33,501 nucleotides of DNA from an uncultured Rhodospirillales bacterium (GCA_903897565.1 CAIUCF010000320.1:1-33501), one strand, 5' to 3'. Positions 1-9,590 are shown, counted from the first letter of the stretch. Notes: a model not told the origin generated them from the sequence alone. Numbers and translations are program-made.

Positions 1-1
1 C

Positions 2-604
2 CGGTTCGCGGCCACTCCCTTGGTTGAGGAACCTTTTCCCCATCTTATTGTTCCCGGATTCCTGCGTGGCGACGCGCTGCCGGCGATCGCCGAAGATTAT
101 CCGAAGATCGCCCAGGCAGGCAGCTTCCCGACCAGTGAAGTCGCGATCGGACCGGTGTTCGGCGGGTTGCTCGACGAGCTGCAGGGGCCGGCGTTCCGCG
201 AGGCGATGGCCGCCAAATTCGCTATCGACCTTTCCGGCTACCCGACGATGGTCACCGTCCGCGGTCGAGCCCGCGCCAAGGACGGCCAGATCCACACCGA
301 CAGCAAGACCAAGTTGATCACGGTGCTGATCTACATGAACGGCCGCTGGGAGGCGCCCGGCGGCAGGCTGCGCTTGCTGCATACCCCCGACAGTCTCGAC
401 CACGTCATCACCGAGGTGCCGCCCGACGAAGGCACCCTGCTGGCGTTCCGGGTAACCCGGAACTCCTGGCACGGCCACGAACCCTTCGTCGGCGAGCGAC
501 GGGTCATTCAGTTGAACTGGGTAACCGGCGCCGATGTCGTCCAGCACGAGCAGCGCCGGCATCGCCTGACCGCGCGCCTGAAGAAGCTTTTGCCCTTCGG
601 CTGA
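2..604 (+). CDS. 2OG-Fe(II) oxygenase superfamily protein (prolyl-hydroxylase-like); the 5' end is probably outside the window
   Basis: ORF track 20..604. The frame stays open back to base 2 (..RFAATP-LVEEPFPHL), and the TTG at 20 is only the first in-window start. Candidate HxD...H iron ligands are 'IHTDSK' and 'SWHGHEP'. Overall length and layout fit a small double-stranded beta-helix dioxygenase. Confidence 0.7.
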   Translation, partial: RFAATPLVEEPFPHLIVPGFLRGDALPAIAEDYPKIAQAGSFPTSEVAIGPVFGGLLDELQGPAFREAMAAKFAIDLSGYPTMVTVRGRARAKDGQIHTDSKTKLITVLIYMNGRWEAPGGRLRLLHTPDSLDHVITEVPPDEGTLLAFRVTRNSWHGHEPFVGERRVIQLNWVTGADVVQHEQRRHRLTARLKKLLPFG

Positions 605-620
605 CCCGGGCCAGCAGCGG

Positions 621-872
621 TCAGTTGACGAACACCGCGCCACGCTCGTCGGCGATGCGCTGGATCGTCTTGGAGCCGCGGACGAGCAGGATAACCTGTA
701 CCATGTCGCCTCGCCGACGTGCCGCGGCGGCGGCGGCGCGGGTTCGCTGCCACAATGCCCGCAGCTCCGTGAGCTCGGCGGCGTAGAGCGCAGCCTCCAA
801 GCCGTCGCGACGAGGATCGTCCTCTTCGAACCAAAGCGTTTCGGGGAGATCGGCCTTGTGATCCGGGTTCAC
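621..872 (-). CDS. Hypothetical small protein (83 aa from a GTG start)
   Basis: This is the C-terminal part of ORF 621..1025. GTG at 872 is preceded by AGGGG. Third-codon positions are GC-rich (GAC, CTC, GCC, CGC...), consistent with coding. No recognisable motif. The upstream part of the ORF overlaps the neighbouring promoter and gene. Confidence 0.4.
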   Translation of the reverse strand: MNPDHKADLPETLWFEEDDPRRDGLEAALYAAELTELRALWQRTRAAAAAARRRGDMVQVILLVRGSKTIQRIADERGAVFVN

Positions 873-934
873 GGCACCCCTGTGCAATAATTGACACGGT
901 AAGCGAACATTTTTGGCACGCTCGGCAAATCTCC

Positions 935-2416
935 ATGCCCGATGGCGGCGCTTTGCTCCATGATAAACTTCGCGAAGAATCGCTACGGGACCGGGGCGAC
1001 AACCGGTCGGGGTGGAGTGTGTCACAAGGTTCGAGCTTTTCGTCTCTCCAGAAAATCTGCCTTCGGCAGGTCTGGGGAATTATTGCGGCGATCATGCTGT
1101 CGGGCCTTGCCGCGTGTTCCGGCGCGCCGCCAAAGCAAGCCGCCGTCGTCCAGCCACCGCCGCCCGCGGTCTTCAATCCCCAGGCGATGGCGACCGTCTT
1201 GGTCGCCGGGGATTCCGAACAACCCGTCTTCGACAATGCCATCAATTACATGCACGCCGCACTCGCGGGCGTCGGTTTGCCGGAATCGGCCATCCACCAA
1301 CTCTCGGTGCGCTACGCCGCGGCCAACGAGCCGGCGACCCTCGACCGGATCCTCACGCGAATCGCGGCAACCACAGCATCGGCCAATGGCGGCTGCCTGG
1401 TCTACATGACGTCGCACGGCGTCTACGGCCAGGGGCTCTATGTCGAGCTGTCCGATTCCGTATTGACCCCTGCAGCGCTCGACGGCGCCCTGCGCAAAGG
1501 CTGCCGTGACGCGCCGACGGTGGCGATCGTCTCGAGTTGCTTTTCGGGGCAGTTCGCGGCGCCGCCGCTTGCACAGGCGAATCGGATCATCATGACGGCC
1601 TCGGCACCGGACCGTTCATCGTTCGGCTGTGGTGCCGACTACACTTATACCTATTTCGACGACTGCCTGATGGGCTCGCTCGACGGTGCCATGACGTGGC
1701 AGGAAATCTTCCGCAGAACCGCCGGCTGCGTGGCCAAGCGCGAGGCGCAGAGCGGTGCCCAGCCCTCCCAGCCCCGCGCCGCCTTCGGCGCCCAAGTCGC
1801 CGATCTGCCGAGCCCATGGCGGCGGCCCGACGCCACCGCTCCCGTCGGCCTCGTGTTCCAGCCCAGCGGCCGGTCATTCGATCCGGCGCGGGTGCCGCTG
1901 TCGCAGGCCGACCGCAAGTCGATGCAGGATGAGCTGGACTATTACGCCAAGGCGGCGCTGCCGAAGGCGCTTGCGATCGCACCGATCGGCTTCGCCACCG
2001 CGGTGGCCCCCGACGGCACCGGCAAACGAACCGCGGATGACGTTGCGCGAATCGCGCTGCAACGCTGCGAATGGCTGACGGGCGGCGGTTGCGTGCTGTA
2101 CGCGCGCGACACCCAAACGACGGCGTTGCTGCCGTCGGGCCTGCCGCCCTTCCATCCGCAAATCCTCACTCGCGAGGGGACGCTCCGGGCCGATACCGTG
2201 CCGTTCATCCGCGACGACCAGCGCAATCAAATGGTCGATTATGTGGCGCTGAAAGGCCCGAAGGCCCTCGCGCTCAGCCCCAGCCACGATGAGATCAGCA
2301 TCGGAACCGGCGAGACCCAGGCCGCGGCCAGCCAGGTGGCGCTTGCCCGCTGCCAATTCGTCATGGAGAACTGTATCCTGTACGCTGAGGATAATCGCAT
2401 CGTCCTCGGCTGGTAG
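935..2416 (+). CDS. Lipoprotein with a clan CD (C13/legumain-like) cysteine peptidase domain plus two C-terminal DUF4189-like Cys-pair repeats
   Basis: Lipobox 'LSGLAAC' follows a K/R-containing hydrophobic stretch. The His/Cys dyad context 'YMTSHG' ... 'VAIVSSCFSG' ... 'DRSSFGCG' matches bacterial C13 family proteins as I remember them. Two C-terminal repeats ('ADDVARIALQRCEWLTGGGCVLYARD' and 'AAASQVALARCQFVMENCILYAED') look like DUF4189. The start is uncertain: ATG 935, GTG 1019 or ATG 1094. Confidence 0.75.
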   Translation: MPDGGALLHDKLREESLRDRGDNRSGWSVSQGSSFSSLQKICLRQVWGIIAAIMLSGLAACSGAPPKQAAVVQPPPPAVFNPQAMATVLVAGDSEQPVFDNAINYMHAALAGVGLPESAIHQLSVRYAAANEPATLDRILTRIAATTASANGGCLVYMTSHGVYGQGLYVELSDSVLTPAALDGALRKGCRDAPTVAIVSSCFSGQFAAPPLAQANRIIMTASAPDRSSFGCGADYTYTYFDDCLMGSLDGAMTWQEIFRRTAGCVAKREAQSGAQPSQPRAAFGAQVADLPSPWRRPDATAPVGLVFQPSGRSFDPARVPLSQADRKSMQDELDYYAKAALPKALAIAPIGFATAVAPDGTGKRTADDVARIALQRCEWLTGGGCVLYARDTQTTALLPSGLPPFHPQILTREGTLRADTVPFIRDDQRNQMVDYVALKGPKALALSPSHDEISIGTGETQAAASQVALARCQFVMENCILYAEDNRIVLGW

Positions 2417-2437
2417 ATGTTTGGAGATCGGCGCATC

Positions 2438-2680
2438 ATGTTTCGCTTACCCGCTTTGACGGTCCTGGTCGGGACCGCCGCCATCCTGTGCGGCTGCTCG
2501 CACGCACCGCCGCAAGATATGCTCTCTAAACCTGAGACCCTGCTGAGCTACCCCGCGGGAGATCCCCAGGCCGAGGCAAATGCCGGCCAGGTCTGCAAGG
2601 AACTTGGCCGGAAGGCGGTACTTGTCGGCACCCGCGCCAATGATGACGGCACCAAGACGACGACGTACAAGTGCGAGTGA
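2438..2680 (+). CDS. Small lipoprotein (about 80 aa precursor)
   Basis: ATG at 2438 is preceded by GGAG (2423-2426). Signal plus lipobox 'MFRLPALTVLVGTAAILCGCS'. The mature part has two further Cys residues. It lies 22 nt after the peptidase gene stop. Confidence 0.7.
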   Translation: MFRLPALTVLVGTAAILCGCSHAPPQDMLSKPETLLSYPAGDPQAEANAGQVCKELGRKAVLVGTRANDDGTKTTTYKCE

Positions 2681-2690
2681 GCGCGATACG

Positions 2691-4088
2691 ATGATGACAG
2701 CGCCGGCCCTCGTCGCCGACTCCACGACGCAAGCGACCCCGCTGGTCCTGCTCACCACTGATACGCTGCCAGGTTGGCTCGAGCAGCAAAGCGAAGCGAT
2801 CCGGAATTGGGTCGCGGGCCACTGTTTCACCGCCGCTGCGGGAACGAGTCTGGCGATCCCCGGACCGGACGGCGCCCGGCTCTGCATTCTCCACGGCTTC
2901 TCGCCGGCGGAGTCGCTCTGGGCGATCGCGGCCCTGCCCGATACCCTGCCCGCGGGCACCTACCGTCTCGAGACGACGGGCCCGGTAACGCTCTCGGCCG
3001 AGGATGCGACCCGACTCGCGCTCGGCTGGAGCCTCGGCAGCTATGGATTCGTCCGCTACAAGGAACGCAAGACCACGCCGGCCAGCCTGATCTGGCCTGA
3101 CCTCGCCGACCATGGTGAGGTTGCCCGACTTGCCGAGGCAATCTGCCTCGCCCGCGATCTCATCAATACGCCGGCCGAGGATCTCGGCCCGGCGGAACTC
3201 GCAAGGGCCGCGACGGATGTCGCAGCGCGCCATGGCGCGACCGTCGAGGTCATCGCCGGCGACGACCTGCTGGCCCGCAACTACCCACTCATCCACGCCG
3301 TCGGTCGAGCCAGCGTCCGACCGCCCCAACTGATCGATATCCGTTGGGGCAATCCTAACGCCCGCAAGGTCACGCTCGTCGGCAAGGGCGTCTGCTTCGA
3401 CTCCGGCGGGCTCGACATCAAGCCTTCCACCGGCATGCGCCTGATGAAGAAGGACATGGGCGGGGCCGCGACCGTTCTCGGCCTGGCGGCTGCGCTGATG
3501 GATCTCGGTCTCGATATCCGCTTGCGGGTGCTCATCCCGGCGGTCGAGAACGCGATCTCGGGCCTCGCCTTCCGTCCCGGCGATATTTTCAAGAGCCGCA
3601 AGGGGCTGACGGTCGAGATCGGCAACACTGACGCCGAGGGCCGGCTGATCCTCGCCGATGCGCTGACGGAAGCCGCAAGCGAGAAGCCCGAACTCCTGCT
3701 CGACTTCGCGACTCTGACCGGTGCCGCGCGGGTCGCGCTCGGGCCGGATCTGCCCGCCCTGTTCACCCCGGACGATTCGCTGGCCGAGGATCTGCTGCGC
3801 GCCGGCGCGTCCTGCGCCGACCCGCTGTGGCGCCTGCCACTGTGGAAGCCCTATTTCAAACAGATCCAGAGCAAGTCCGCCGATCTCAACAATGCCGGCG
3901 GCGACGGCGGCATGGCGGGTGCGATCACGGCGGCACTGTTTCTCGAGGCCTTCGTCGAGCCGGGCATGGCCTGGGCTCATATCGACACTTATGCCTGGAA
4001 TGGCTCCGCCCGGCCGGGCCGCCCCGAAGGCGGCGAGGCGCTCACCTTGCGGGCCGTCTATACCCTGATCCGGCAGCGTTTCGGCTGA
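2691..4088 (+). CDS. M17 family leucyl aminopeptidase
   Basis: M17 signature 'NTDAEGRLILADAL' and 'VGKGVCFDSGGLDIKP'. The ATGATG at 2691 directly follows the upstream lipoprotein stop. The ORF-track extension back to 2580 overlaps that gene. Confidence 0.9.
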   Translation: MMTAPALVADSTTQATPLVLLTTDTLPGWLEQQSEAIRNWVAGHCFTAAAGTSLAIPGPDGARLCILHGFSPAESLWAIAALPDTLPAGTYRLETTGPVTLSAEDATRLALGWSLGSYGFVRYKERKTTPASLIWPDLADHGEVARLAEAICLARDLINTPAEDLGPAELARAATDVAARHGATVEVIAGDDLLARNYPLIHAVGRASVRPPQLIDIRWGNPNARKVTLVGKGVCFDSGGLDIKPSTGMRLMKKDMGGAATVLGLAAALMDLGLDIRLRVLIPAVENAISGLAFRPGDIFKSRKGLTVEIGNTDAEGRLILADALTEAASEKPELLLDFATLTGAARVALGPDLPALFTPDDSLAEDLLRAGASCADPLWRLPLWKPYFKQIQSKSADLNNAGGDGGMAGAITAALFLEAFVEPGMAWAHIDTYAWNGSARPGRPEGGEALTLRAVYTLIRQRFG

Positions 4089-4892
4089 TCAGGGCTGGTT
4101 GATCAGCCTGACCATCTCGGCGTGGAGCGCCGGATCTCCCGCGGCGATGATGCGGCCGTCGCCGCCGAGTCCGGCTGGATTGCCCTGCCAATCGGTCACG
4201 AGGCCTCCGGCGCCGGCGATGATCGGGATCTGCGCGCAGTAATCGTAAGGCTTGAGGTCGGCCTCGACGATGACATCGCAAAAACCAGAAGCAAGGAGCC
4301 CGTACGCGTAGCAATCGGCGCCATAGCGCCGGAGCTTGACGGCACCGGACACGCGCTCCCACGTCGCCTTGTCAGGACCCTTGAACATTTCCGGGCCCGT
4401 CGCGAACAGGGTCGCCCCTGCCACGGAACCGCAGGCCCGCGTCCGGATCGGTGCGCCATTGAGGGTCGACGGCGCGCCGGCAACCCCAAGCCAGCGCTCG
4501 CGCGAGATCGGCTGATCGATGATCCCGACTACCGAGGTTCCCTGATGAAGCAAGGCAATCAGGGTTCCGAAAAGCGGAACCCCGCAAATGAACGACTTGG
4601 TGCCGTCGATCGGATCGAGAACCCACACGAACTCGGCATCGGCACGCTCGGCGCCGTATTCCTCGCCGACGATGCCGTGATGGGGGAATTTCTCCCCGAT
4701 CAACTTGCGCATCGCCGCTTCGGATTCGCGGTCCGCGATCGTGACCGGACTTTCGTCGGCCTTGTCCTCGATCGCGTAGCTGCGTCGGAAATAACCCTGG
4801 ATGACGCCGCGCGCCGCATCCGCGAGTGCGGCGGCGAGCGCCGCGGCTGCGGCGATCTCGCGGGTCGCGGCGGGATCGCGGGGCGAAGCCAA
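4089..4892 (-). CDS. hisN: Histidinol-phosphatase, inositol monophosphatase family (HisN type)
   Basis: Motifs '[13 protein letters not shown]', '[12 protein letters not shown]' and '[30 protein letters not shown]...AGAGG' are IMPase-fold motifs in the HisN arrangement. TTG start at 4892. Confidence 0.8.
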   Translation of the reverse strand: MASPRDPAATREIAAAAALAAALADAARGVIQGYFRRSYAIEDKADESPVTIADRESEAAMRKLIGEKFPHHGIVGEEYGAERADAEFVWVLDPIDGTKSFICGVPLFGTLIALLHQGTSVVGIIDQPISRERWLGVAGAPSTLNGAPIRTRACGSVAGATLFATGPEMFKGPDKATWERVSGAVKLRRYGADCYAYGLLASGFCDVIVEADLKPYDYCAQIPIIAGAGGLVTDWQGNPAGLGGDGRIIAAGDPALHAEMVRLINQP

Positions 4893-4897
4893 GGCGA

Positions 4898-5521
4898 CTA
4901 CTTCGCGCTGCCGTCCGCCGGCTCGGAGGGCTTCGCGCCTTCCTTGACGAGATCGACCGGGGCATCGCTGTTCTGGTTCAGGAACGCGAGGACATTGGCC
5001 CGGTCCTGCGGATCAGGCAGGCCGCCGAAGCCCATCTTGGTCCCGGAGATGTAAGCCTTCGGCTTGAAGATGAAGCGGGCGATATTCTGGACGGTCCAGG
5101 TGCCGCCGAGATGGGCGACCGCGTCGGAATAGGCAAAACCTTCCATATGGGCGCGCTTGTTGTTGATGATGCCCCAGAGGTTCGGACCGACCTTGGCCGG
5201 GGTGCCCTTGGCGAAGTTATGGCAGACCATGCACTTTGCCGCGATCTTCTGGCCAGCGGCGGCATCGGCCTTGGTCAGCTGGTCGGCGGTCAGGTCTGCG
5301 GGGGCAGCGGCAGCGGCCGGAGCGGCGGCCGCCTTGCCGCCAGCCGCGGGAGCGGCCGATGCCGGAGCAGCGGCGACCGGCACGCTGGACAGCGGATAGG
5401 CGGCGTCGCCGACCGCGGCCGGCTTGACCAATACGGTCGAGAGCCCGAGCGTGACGAACACGAGGCCCACCGCAATGACGAGAGAAGCCGAGGCCTTAAT
5501 AGTGAGACCGGACACAGACAT
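4898..5521 (-). CDS. cycM: Membrane-anchored c-type cytochrome (CycM / cytochrome cy-like)
   Basis: ATG at 5521 gives '[27 protein letters not shown]' (a TM anchor), then an Ala/Pro-rich linker. Haem motif 'CMVCH' and a distal 'GTKMGFGG' Met ligand region. The upstream 35 codons of the ORF track are unlikely to be coding. Confidence 0.85.
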   Translation of the reverse strand: MSVSGLTIKASASLVIAVGLVFVTLGLSTVLVKPAAVGDAAYPLSSVPVAAAPASAAPAAGGKAAAAPAAAAAPADLTADQLTKADAAAGQKIAAKCMVCHNFAKGTPAKVGPNLWGIINNKRAHMEGFAYSDAVAHLGGTWTVQNIARFIFKPKAYISGTKMGFGGLPDPQDRANVLAFLNQNSDAPVDLVKEGAKPSEPADGSAK

Positions 5522-5815
5522 GACAGAGCCCTTGACGAGGCGGCAGGTCGGGTGGGACGCCGGCACGAGCCGACCCCTCGCCCGAGATCCGCGAGAGAAA
5601 AGCAACAGCCAGGGCTCCGCCCACAAACGAAACGATCCCCCGGCAACCCGAGGGTTTCATCATGTCACAACGGAAATGTCGAGGGGTCTCGGTTAAAAAT
5701 AGGACCATCCGCCGCATGCTCACGGCCACATTCCGGCGCGACACCGTTGACGCGGCACCGGCTTCGCCGGATCTCTACCCATCCCATTGCCCAGCAAGCC
5801 CGAAGGTCATCAGAA

Positions 5816-6604
5816 ATGCCACCGTCGAACTCGCCAAGGGAGGGCGGCCGTTGCGCCGTCTTCATCCCGGCGCGCCTCGCCTCCACCCGGCTCCCCGACA
5901 AACCCCTGGCGTTGATTCACGGACTCCCGATGATCATCCATGTCTGGCAGCGCGCCGTCGCCGCCGGGATCGGCCCGGTGATCGTCGCCGCCGCGGACCA
6001 AGCGATCGCGGATGCCGTCATCGCGGCCGGCGGCACCTGTGTGTTGACCGATCCGGACCTGCCATCGGGCTCGGATCGCGTCCATGCCGCGCTCGAGGCG
6101 ATTGATCCCGGAGGCGAGATAACCACGATCGTCAACGTCCAGGGTGACCTGCCGACGATCGATCCCACCCTGATCAGCCGCGTGCTCGACCCGCTGCTCG
6201 ACCCAGCGGTCGATATCGCCACCCTGGTCTGCCCGATTACCGAGCCGGACGAACGAACCCGGCCAAGCGTCGTCAAGGCGGCCGTGGCCTGGCAGCCCGG
6301 CAACATCATCGGCCGGGCGCTGTATTTCAGCCGCGCCACGATCCCCTGGGGCGAGGGCGAGTTGCTCCATCATATCGGCCTGTATGCTTATCGTCGCGCC
6401 GCGCTCGCCCGATTCGTCGGACTTCCCGCTGCCGCACTTGAACAACGCGAGAGTCTGGAGCAACTTCGCGCGCTTGAAGCAGGGATGCGGATCGATGTCG
6501 CCCGGGTGACGACGATCCCGCTCGGCGTCGATACGCCGGATGATCTGGAGCGGGCTCGGATCATGTTGGCTGGCACGAGAACGGGGAATAGACAGAATGA
6601 TTGA
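5816..6604 (+). CDS. kdsB: 3-deoxy-manno-octulosonate cytidylyltransferase (CMP-KDO synthetase)
   Basis: '[34 protein letters not shown]' and 'VNVQGDLP' are typical KdsB motifs. ATG at 5816. The 5' 990 nt of ORF 4826..6604 is antisense to cycM. Confidence 0.9.
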   Translation: MPPSNSPREGGRCAVFIPARLASTRLPDKPLALIHGLPMIIHVWQRAVAAGIGPVIVAAADQAIADAVIAAGGTCVLTDPDLPSGSDRVHAALEAIDPGGEITTIVNVQGDLPTIDPTLISRVLDPLLDPAVDIATLVCPITEPDERTRPSVVKAAVAWQPGNIIGRALYFSRATIPWGEGELLHHIGLYAYRRAALARFVGLPAAALEQRESLEQLRALEAGMRIDVARVTTIPLGVDTPDDLERARIMLAGTRTGNRQND

Positions 6605-7460
6605 CGCGCAGACGCCCGGCCCGATCGCTTTCCAGGGCCTCCACGGCGCCTATTCCGACCTGGCCTGCCGCGCGGTATTCCCGGGCCGCGACACCCTGCC
6701 CTGCCGCAGCTTCGAGGACGCGCTCGCCGCCGTGCGCGGGGGCGAGGCCGCCTATGCCGTGATCCCGATCGACAATTCGCTCGCCGGTCGGGTCGCGGAT
6801 GTCCACCACCTATTGCCGAAGCTTGGCCTCCACATTATCGGCGAGCATTTCGAGCCGGTGCATCATCACCTGCTCGCCCTGCCCGGCGTCGCCTTGTCCG
6901 AACTCAAGACCGTGCACAGCCATGTCCACGCCCTCTCGCAATGCCGCGAGTCGATTCGAGCGCTCGGCCTGACGCCGATCGTCGCCTTCGACACCGCCGG
7001 CGCCGCGCAGGAACTCGCCGTTTCCGGCGACCGCAGCGTCGCCGCGATCGCGTCGGCGCTCGCCGGCGAGGTCTACGGGCTGGTCTCGCTCAAAGCCGGG
7101 ATGGAGGATGCAGCCCACAACACTACGCGCTTCATCATCCTGGCGCGCGAGGCGCTCATCTCGCGGGTCGATGCCGGCCCGGCGGTCACCAGCCTGATTT
7201 TCCGGGTCCGCAATGTTCCGGCCGCGCTCTACAAGGCGCTCGGCGGGTTTGCGACCAATGGGATCAACATGACCAAGCTGGAGAGCTACATGGCCGGCGG
7301 CATGTTCTCCGCGACCGAGTTCTATCTCGATGTCGAGGCCCATGAGGGCGAGCGACGCCTGCAGCTCGCGCTGGAGGAATTGGCCTTCTTCAGCGAATCG
7401 ATCTCGATTCTCGGCACCTACGCCGCCCATCCCTATCGGTTCAAGACCGCGACGCCATAG
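6597..7460 (+). CDS. pheA: Prephenate dehydratase
   Basis: '[14 protein letters not shown]' and 'NTTRFIIL', plus a C-terminal ACT-like segment '[32 protein letters not shown]'. ATG at 6597 overlaps the kdsB stop by 8 nt (ATGATTGA). Confidence 0.9.
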   Translation: MIDAQTPGPIAFQGLHGAYSDLACRAVFPGRDTLPCRSFEDALAAVRGGEAAYAVIPIDNSLAGRVADVHHLLPKLGLHIIGEHFEPVHHHLLALPGVALSELKTVHSHVHALSQCRESIRALGLTPIVAFDTAGAAQELAVSGDRSVAAIASALAGEVYGLVSLKAGMEDAAHNTTRFIILAREALISRVDAGPAVTSLIFRVRNVPAALYKALGGFATNGINMTKLESYMAGGMFSATEFYLDVEAHEGERRLQLALEELAFFSESISILGTYAAHPYRFKTATP

Positions 7461-7547
7461 CACCGCGACGTTTACGCCGCGGTAGTGAAATAAGATCGTC
7501 ACATTCTCCGACTAGGTTTCCCGGAACCTGGTCGGAGGATTGCCCCG

Positions 7548-8054
7548 ATGAACAAGACCTATAATGTGTTGTTTCTGTGCGCGGCCAACTCCGCGCGTTC
7601 GATCTTCGCCGAGGCTCTGCTGAATCGCGAGGGCGCGGGCCGCTTCGTCGCCTATTCCGCGGGCTCGCGACCGCGCGGCATCATCGATCCCCACGCTCTT
7701 ACTCTGCTCAAGACCCTCGGCTTCGATACCGCGACGCTACGCTCGAAGAGCTGGGAAGAATTCGCGCGGCCCGGCGCGCCGGAGATGGATTTCGTCTTCA
7801 CGGTCTGCGACGAGACCGCGGGCGAGGCTTGCCCCGTGTGGCCCGGCGCGCCGGTCAGCGTGCGCTGGGCGATCCCCGATCCGGTGCAGGCCCAAGGCGA
7901 CGAGATCAGCCGCGCCTTCGCCTTTCGCGAGAGCTTTCGCGCGCTCGAGACCCGGATCAAGATCTTTATCGCCCTGTCGGACGAGCAGCTCGCATCGATC
8001 ACGATCAAGCACGCCCTCCACGACATCCACGCGGCGCAGCCTCAGACAAGCTGA
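7548..8054 (+). CDS. arsC: Arsenate reductase, LMW-PTPase (thioredoxin-coupled) family
   Basis: P-loop 'LCAANSARS' (CX5R-S) and a downstream Cys pair 'VCDETAGEAC'. GGAGG lies 8 nt upstream of the ATG. Confidence 0.8.
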   Translation: MNKTYNVLFLCAANSARSIFAEALLNREGAGRFVAYSAGSRPRGIIDPHALTLLKTLGFDTATLRSKSWEEFARPGAPEMDFVFTVCDETAGEACPVWPGAPVSVRWAIPDPVQAQGDEISRAFAFRESFRALETRIKIFIALSDEQLASITIKHALHDIHAAQPQTS

Positions 8055-8076
8055 CGCTGCGCTGTCGTTCCGGGAG

Positions 8077-9009
8077 CTACTCCGACTCCAGCCAGTCGGT
8101 GATCAGACGCCAGGCAATCGAATCGCGCGGCGGAATGCAGAATTTGTCGTCGCCGGGATGAGATTTCAGGAAATCGCGCGAATACCAGTCGGCCGATTCC
8201 AGCTCGGCGGTATCCACCTTGATTTCGGTCGAGGTCGCCTTCGCGCGGAAGCCGAGCATGACGGAGGCTGGGAACGGCCAAGGCTGCGATGACTGATAGA
8301 TCACCTCGCCGACCTCGATTCCGCTCTCTTCCTTGACCTCGCGGGCGACGGCATGTTCAAGGCTTTCGCCGGGCTCGACGAAACCGGCAAGCGTCGAATG
8401 CATGCCCGGCGGCCACACCTTCTGGCGTCCCAGCAGACAGCGGTCGCCATCGGTCACGAGCATGATCACGGCGGGATCGGTGCGGGGGAAATGCTGAGCG
8501 CCGCAGGCCGGATTGGTGCAGAGCCTGACATGGCCGCCATCGGTCGATTTGGCCGGGGCGCCGCAGACGCCGCAGAAGCGATGTCGGCTGTGCCAGTTCG
8601 CCATCCCGCGCGCATAGGCGAGCAATCCCGCATCGGCGGCCGCGAGCCGCGAGCCGATCGCCCGTAACGGCTCGAGCGACAGGTCGTCGGCGATATCCGC
8701 TGGCACCGCGATGCCGCTGAGCGGCTCGGCGAGTCCCGAGAGGTCGACAGAGAAGGTCGCGGCACCCGCGGCGTCGAGCCCGAGGAACACCGTATCGGCG
8801 AAGGGATCGCCGAGAGCCGCGAACGCCTCGGCGCTCAGCAGCGCTGGACGATTGCCCTGCGGCCCGCGGACGAGAAGTTGCTGGTCGCGCCAGATCACGA
8901 GAAAGCGCGTGGCCTCTTCGCCCAGACGGCCATAGAGCCAGTCATGATCCTTGCGCCGATCATGGGCGCGATCCAGGTAACTCGACGCGTAAAAATTCTG
9001 CTGGCGCAT
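8077..9009 (-). CDS. nudC: NAD+ diphosphatase (NADH pyrophosphatase), Nudix family
   Basis: C4 zinc ribbon 'CGVCGAPAKSTDGGHVRLCTNPACG'. Nudix box 'GFVEPGESLEHAVAREVKEESGI'. NudC-specific 'SQPWPFPAS'. ATG at 9009 (MRQQNFY...). Confidence 0.9.
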   Translation of the reverse strand: MRQQNFYASSYLDRAHDRRKDHDWLYGRLGEEATRFLVIWRDQQLLVRGPQGNRPALLSAEAFAALGDPFADTVFLGLDAAGAATFSVDLSGLAEPLSGIAVPADIADDLSLEPLRAIGSRLAAADAGLLAYARGMANWHSRHRFCGVCGAPAKSTDGGHVRLCTNPACGAQHFPRTDPAVIMLVTDGDRCLLGRQKVWPPGMHSTLAGFVEPGESLEHAVAREVKEESGIEVGEVIYQSSQPWPFPASVMLGFRAKATSTEIKVDTAELESADWYSRDFLKSHPGDDKFCIPPRDSIAWRLITDWLESE

Positions 9010-9109
9010 TCTCTTCCCGATCCTTGTTGAGCGGTTCCCGGCGCGGAGAATACGACCCTTCGGCGCGGCGATACAGACAAGAGTGATCCTCTGACCTCTG
9101 ATCAGGTCG

Positions 9110-9505
9110 TTAGTCGCTCGCCTCGATCCGCGCCATATCGGCGTCACTGAGCCCGAAATGATGACCAACCTCGTGAATCAGGACGTGCCGGATCAGATCG
9201 GCCAGATCTTCGCCCGTTTCGCACCAGTAATCGAGTAACGGCCGACGATAGAGATAGATCGTGTCGATCGACGGCGGCCCGCCGGCGTCGCGATTCTTGA
9301 GCGTAACCCCGCGATAGAGCCCGAGCAGGTCGAACGGGCTCTCTAGGCCCATCTCGGCGCAGGTCTCGTCGTCCGGGAAATCCATGACCACAATCGGCAC
9401 GGCCGCGATATACCTGCGCAATTCGGACGGAATTGTCGCAAGCGCCGCCATGCCGAGCACTTCTATCATCTTGTCATCGGGCGCAAAAATCGGCTTCTGT
9501 TCCAT
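9110..9505 (-). CDS. Small zincin-like metallopeptidase family protein
   Basis: 'HEVGHHFG' HExxH motif near the C-terminus of a 131-aa acidic protein. ATG at 9505 (MEQKPIF...). Confidence 0.7.
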   Translation of the reverse strand: MEQKPIFAPDDKMIEVLGMAALATIPSELRRYIAAVPIVVMDFPDDETCAEMGLESPFDLLGLYRGVTLKNRDAGGPPSIDTIYLYRRPLLDYWCETGEDLADLIRHVLIHEVGHHFGLSDADMARIEASD

Positions 9506-9590
9506 GGCTTGGTGTCCCCTCGCAATTCGGGCGGTCCGAAACCCTGCCGATGGAGAAGGTTGTTTTAATTCCATTCAGCACAATTGTTAG

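Noticed and set aside
891-929. A perfect TTGACA (891-896), followed by TGGCAC-N5-GCAAA resembling a sigma54 -24/-12 element.
   Set aside because: No acceptable -10 hexamer lies 16-18 nt after the TTGACA. In the sigma54-like stretch the GC dinucleotide is 2 nt out of register with the GG (TGGCACG-N4-TTGCW expected), so neither promoter model fits.
508-1245. 245-aa minus-strand ORF spanning the 2OG oxygenase 3' end, the small ORF and the peptidase 5' end.
   Set aside because: It overlaps three better-supported features in different frames and has an Arg/Ser/Pro-rich composition.
2526-3980. 484-aa ORF on the minus strand.
   Set aside because: It is entirely antisense to the well-supported M17 aminopeptidase gene. 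The translation is Arg/Gly/Ala/Pro-rich with no motif, a typical high-GC shadow ORF.
5290-5400. Apparent GC-rich microsatellite (GCGGCAGCGGCAGCGGCC...).
   Set aside because: It is in frame within cycM, where it encodes the Ala/Pro-rich linker between the membrane anchor and the haem domain. It is not an independent repeat element.
4826-5815. A 330-codon N-terminal extension of the kdsB ORF, and the overlapping ORF 4122..5054.
   Set aside because: Both are antisense to hisN and cycM. Both are Arg-rich and low complexity. The KdsB homology begins only at the ATG at 5816.
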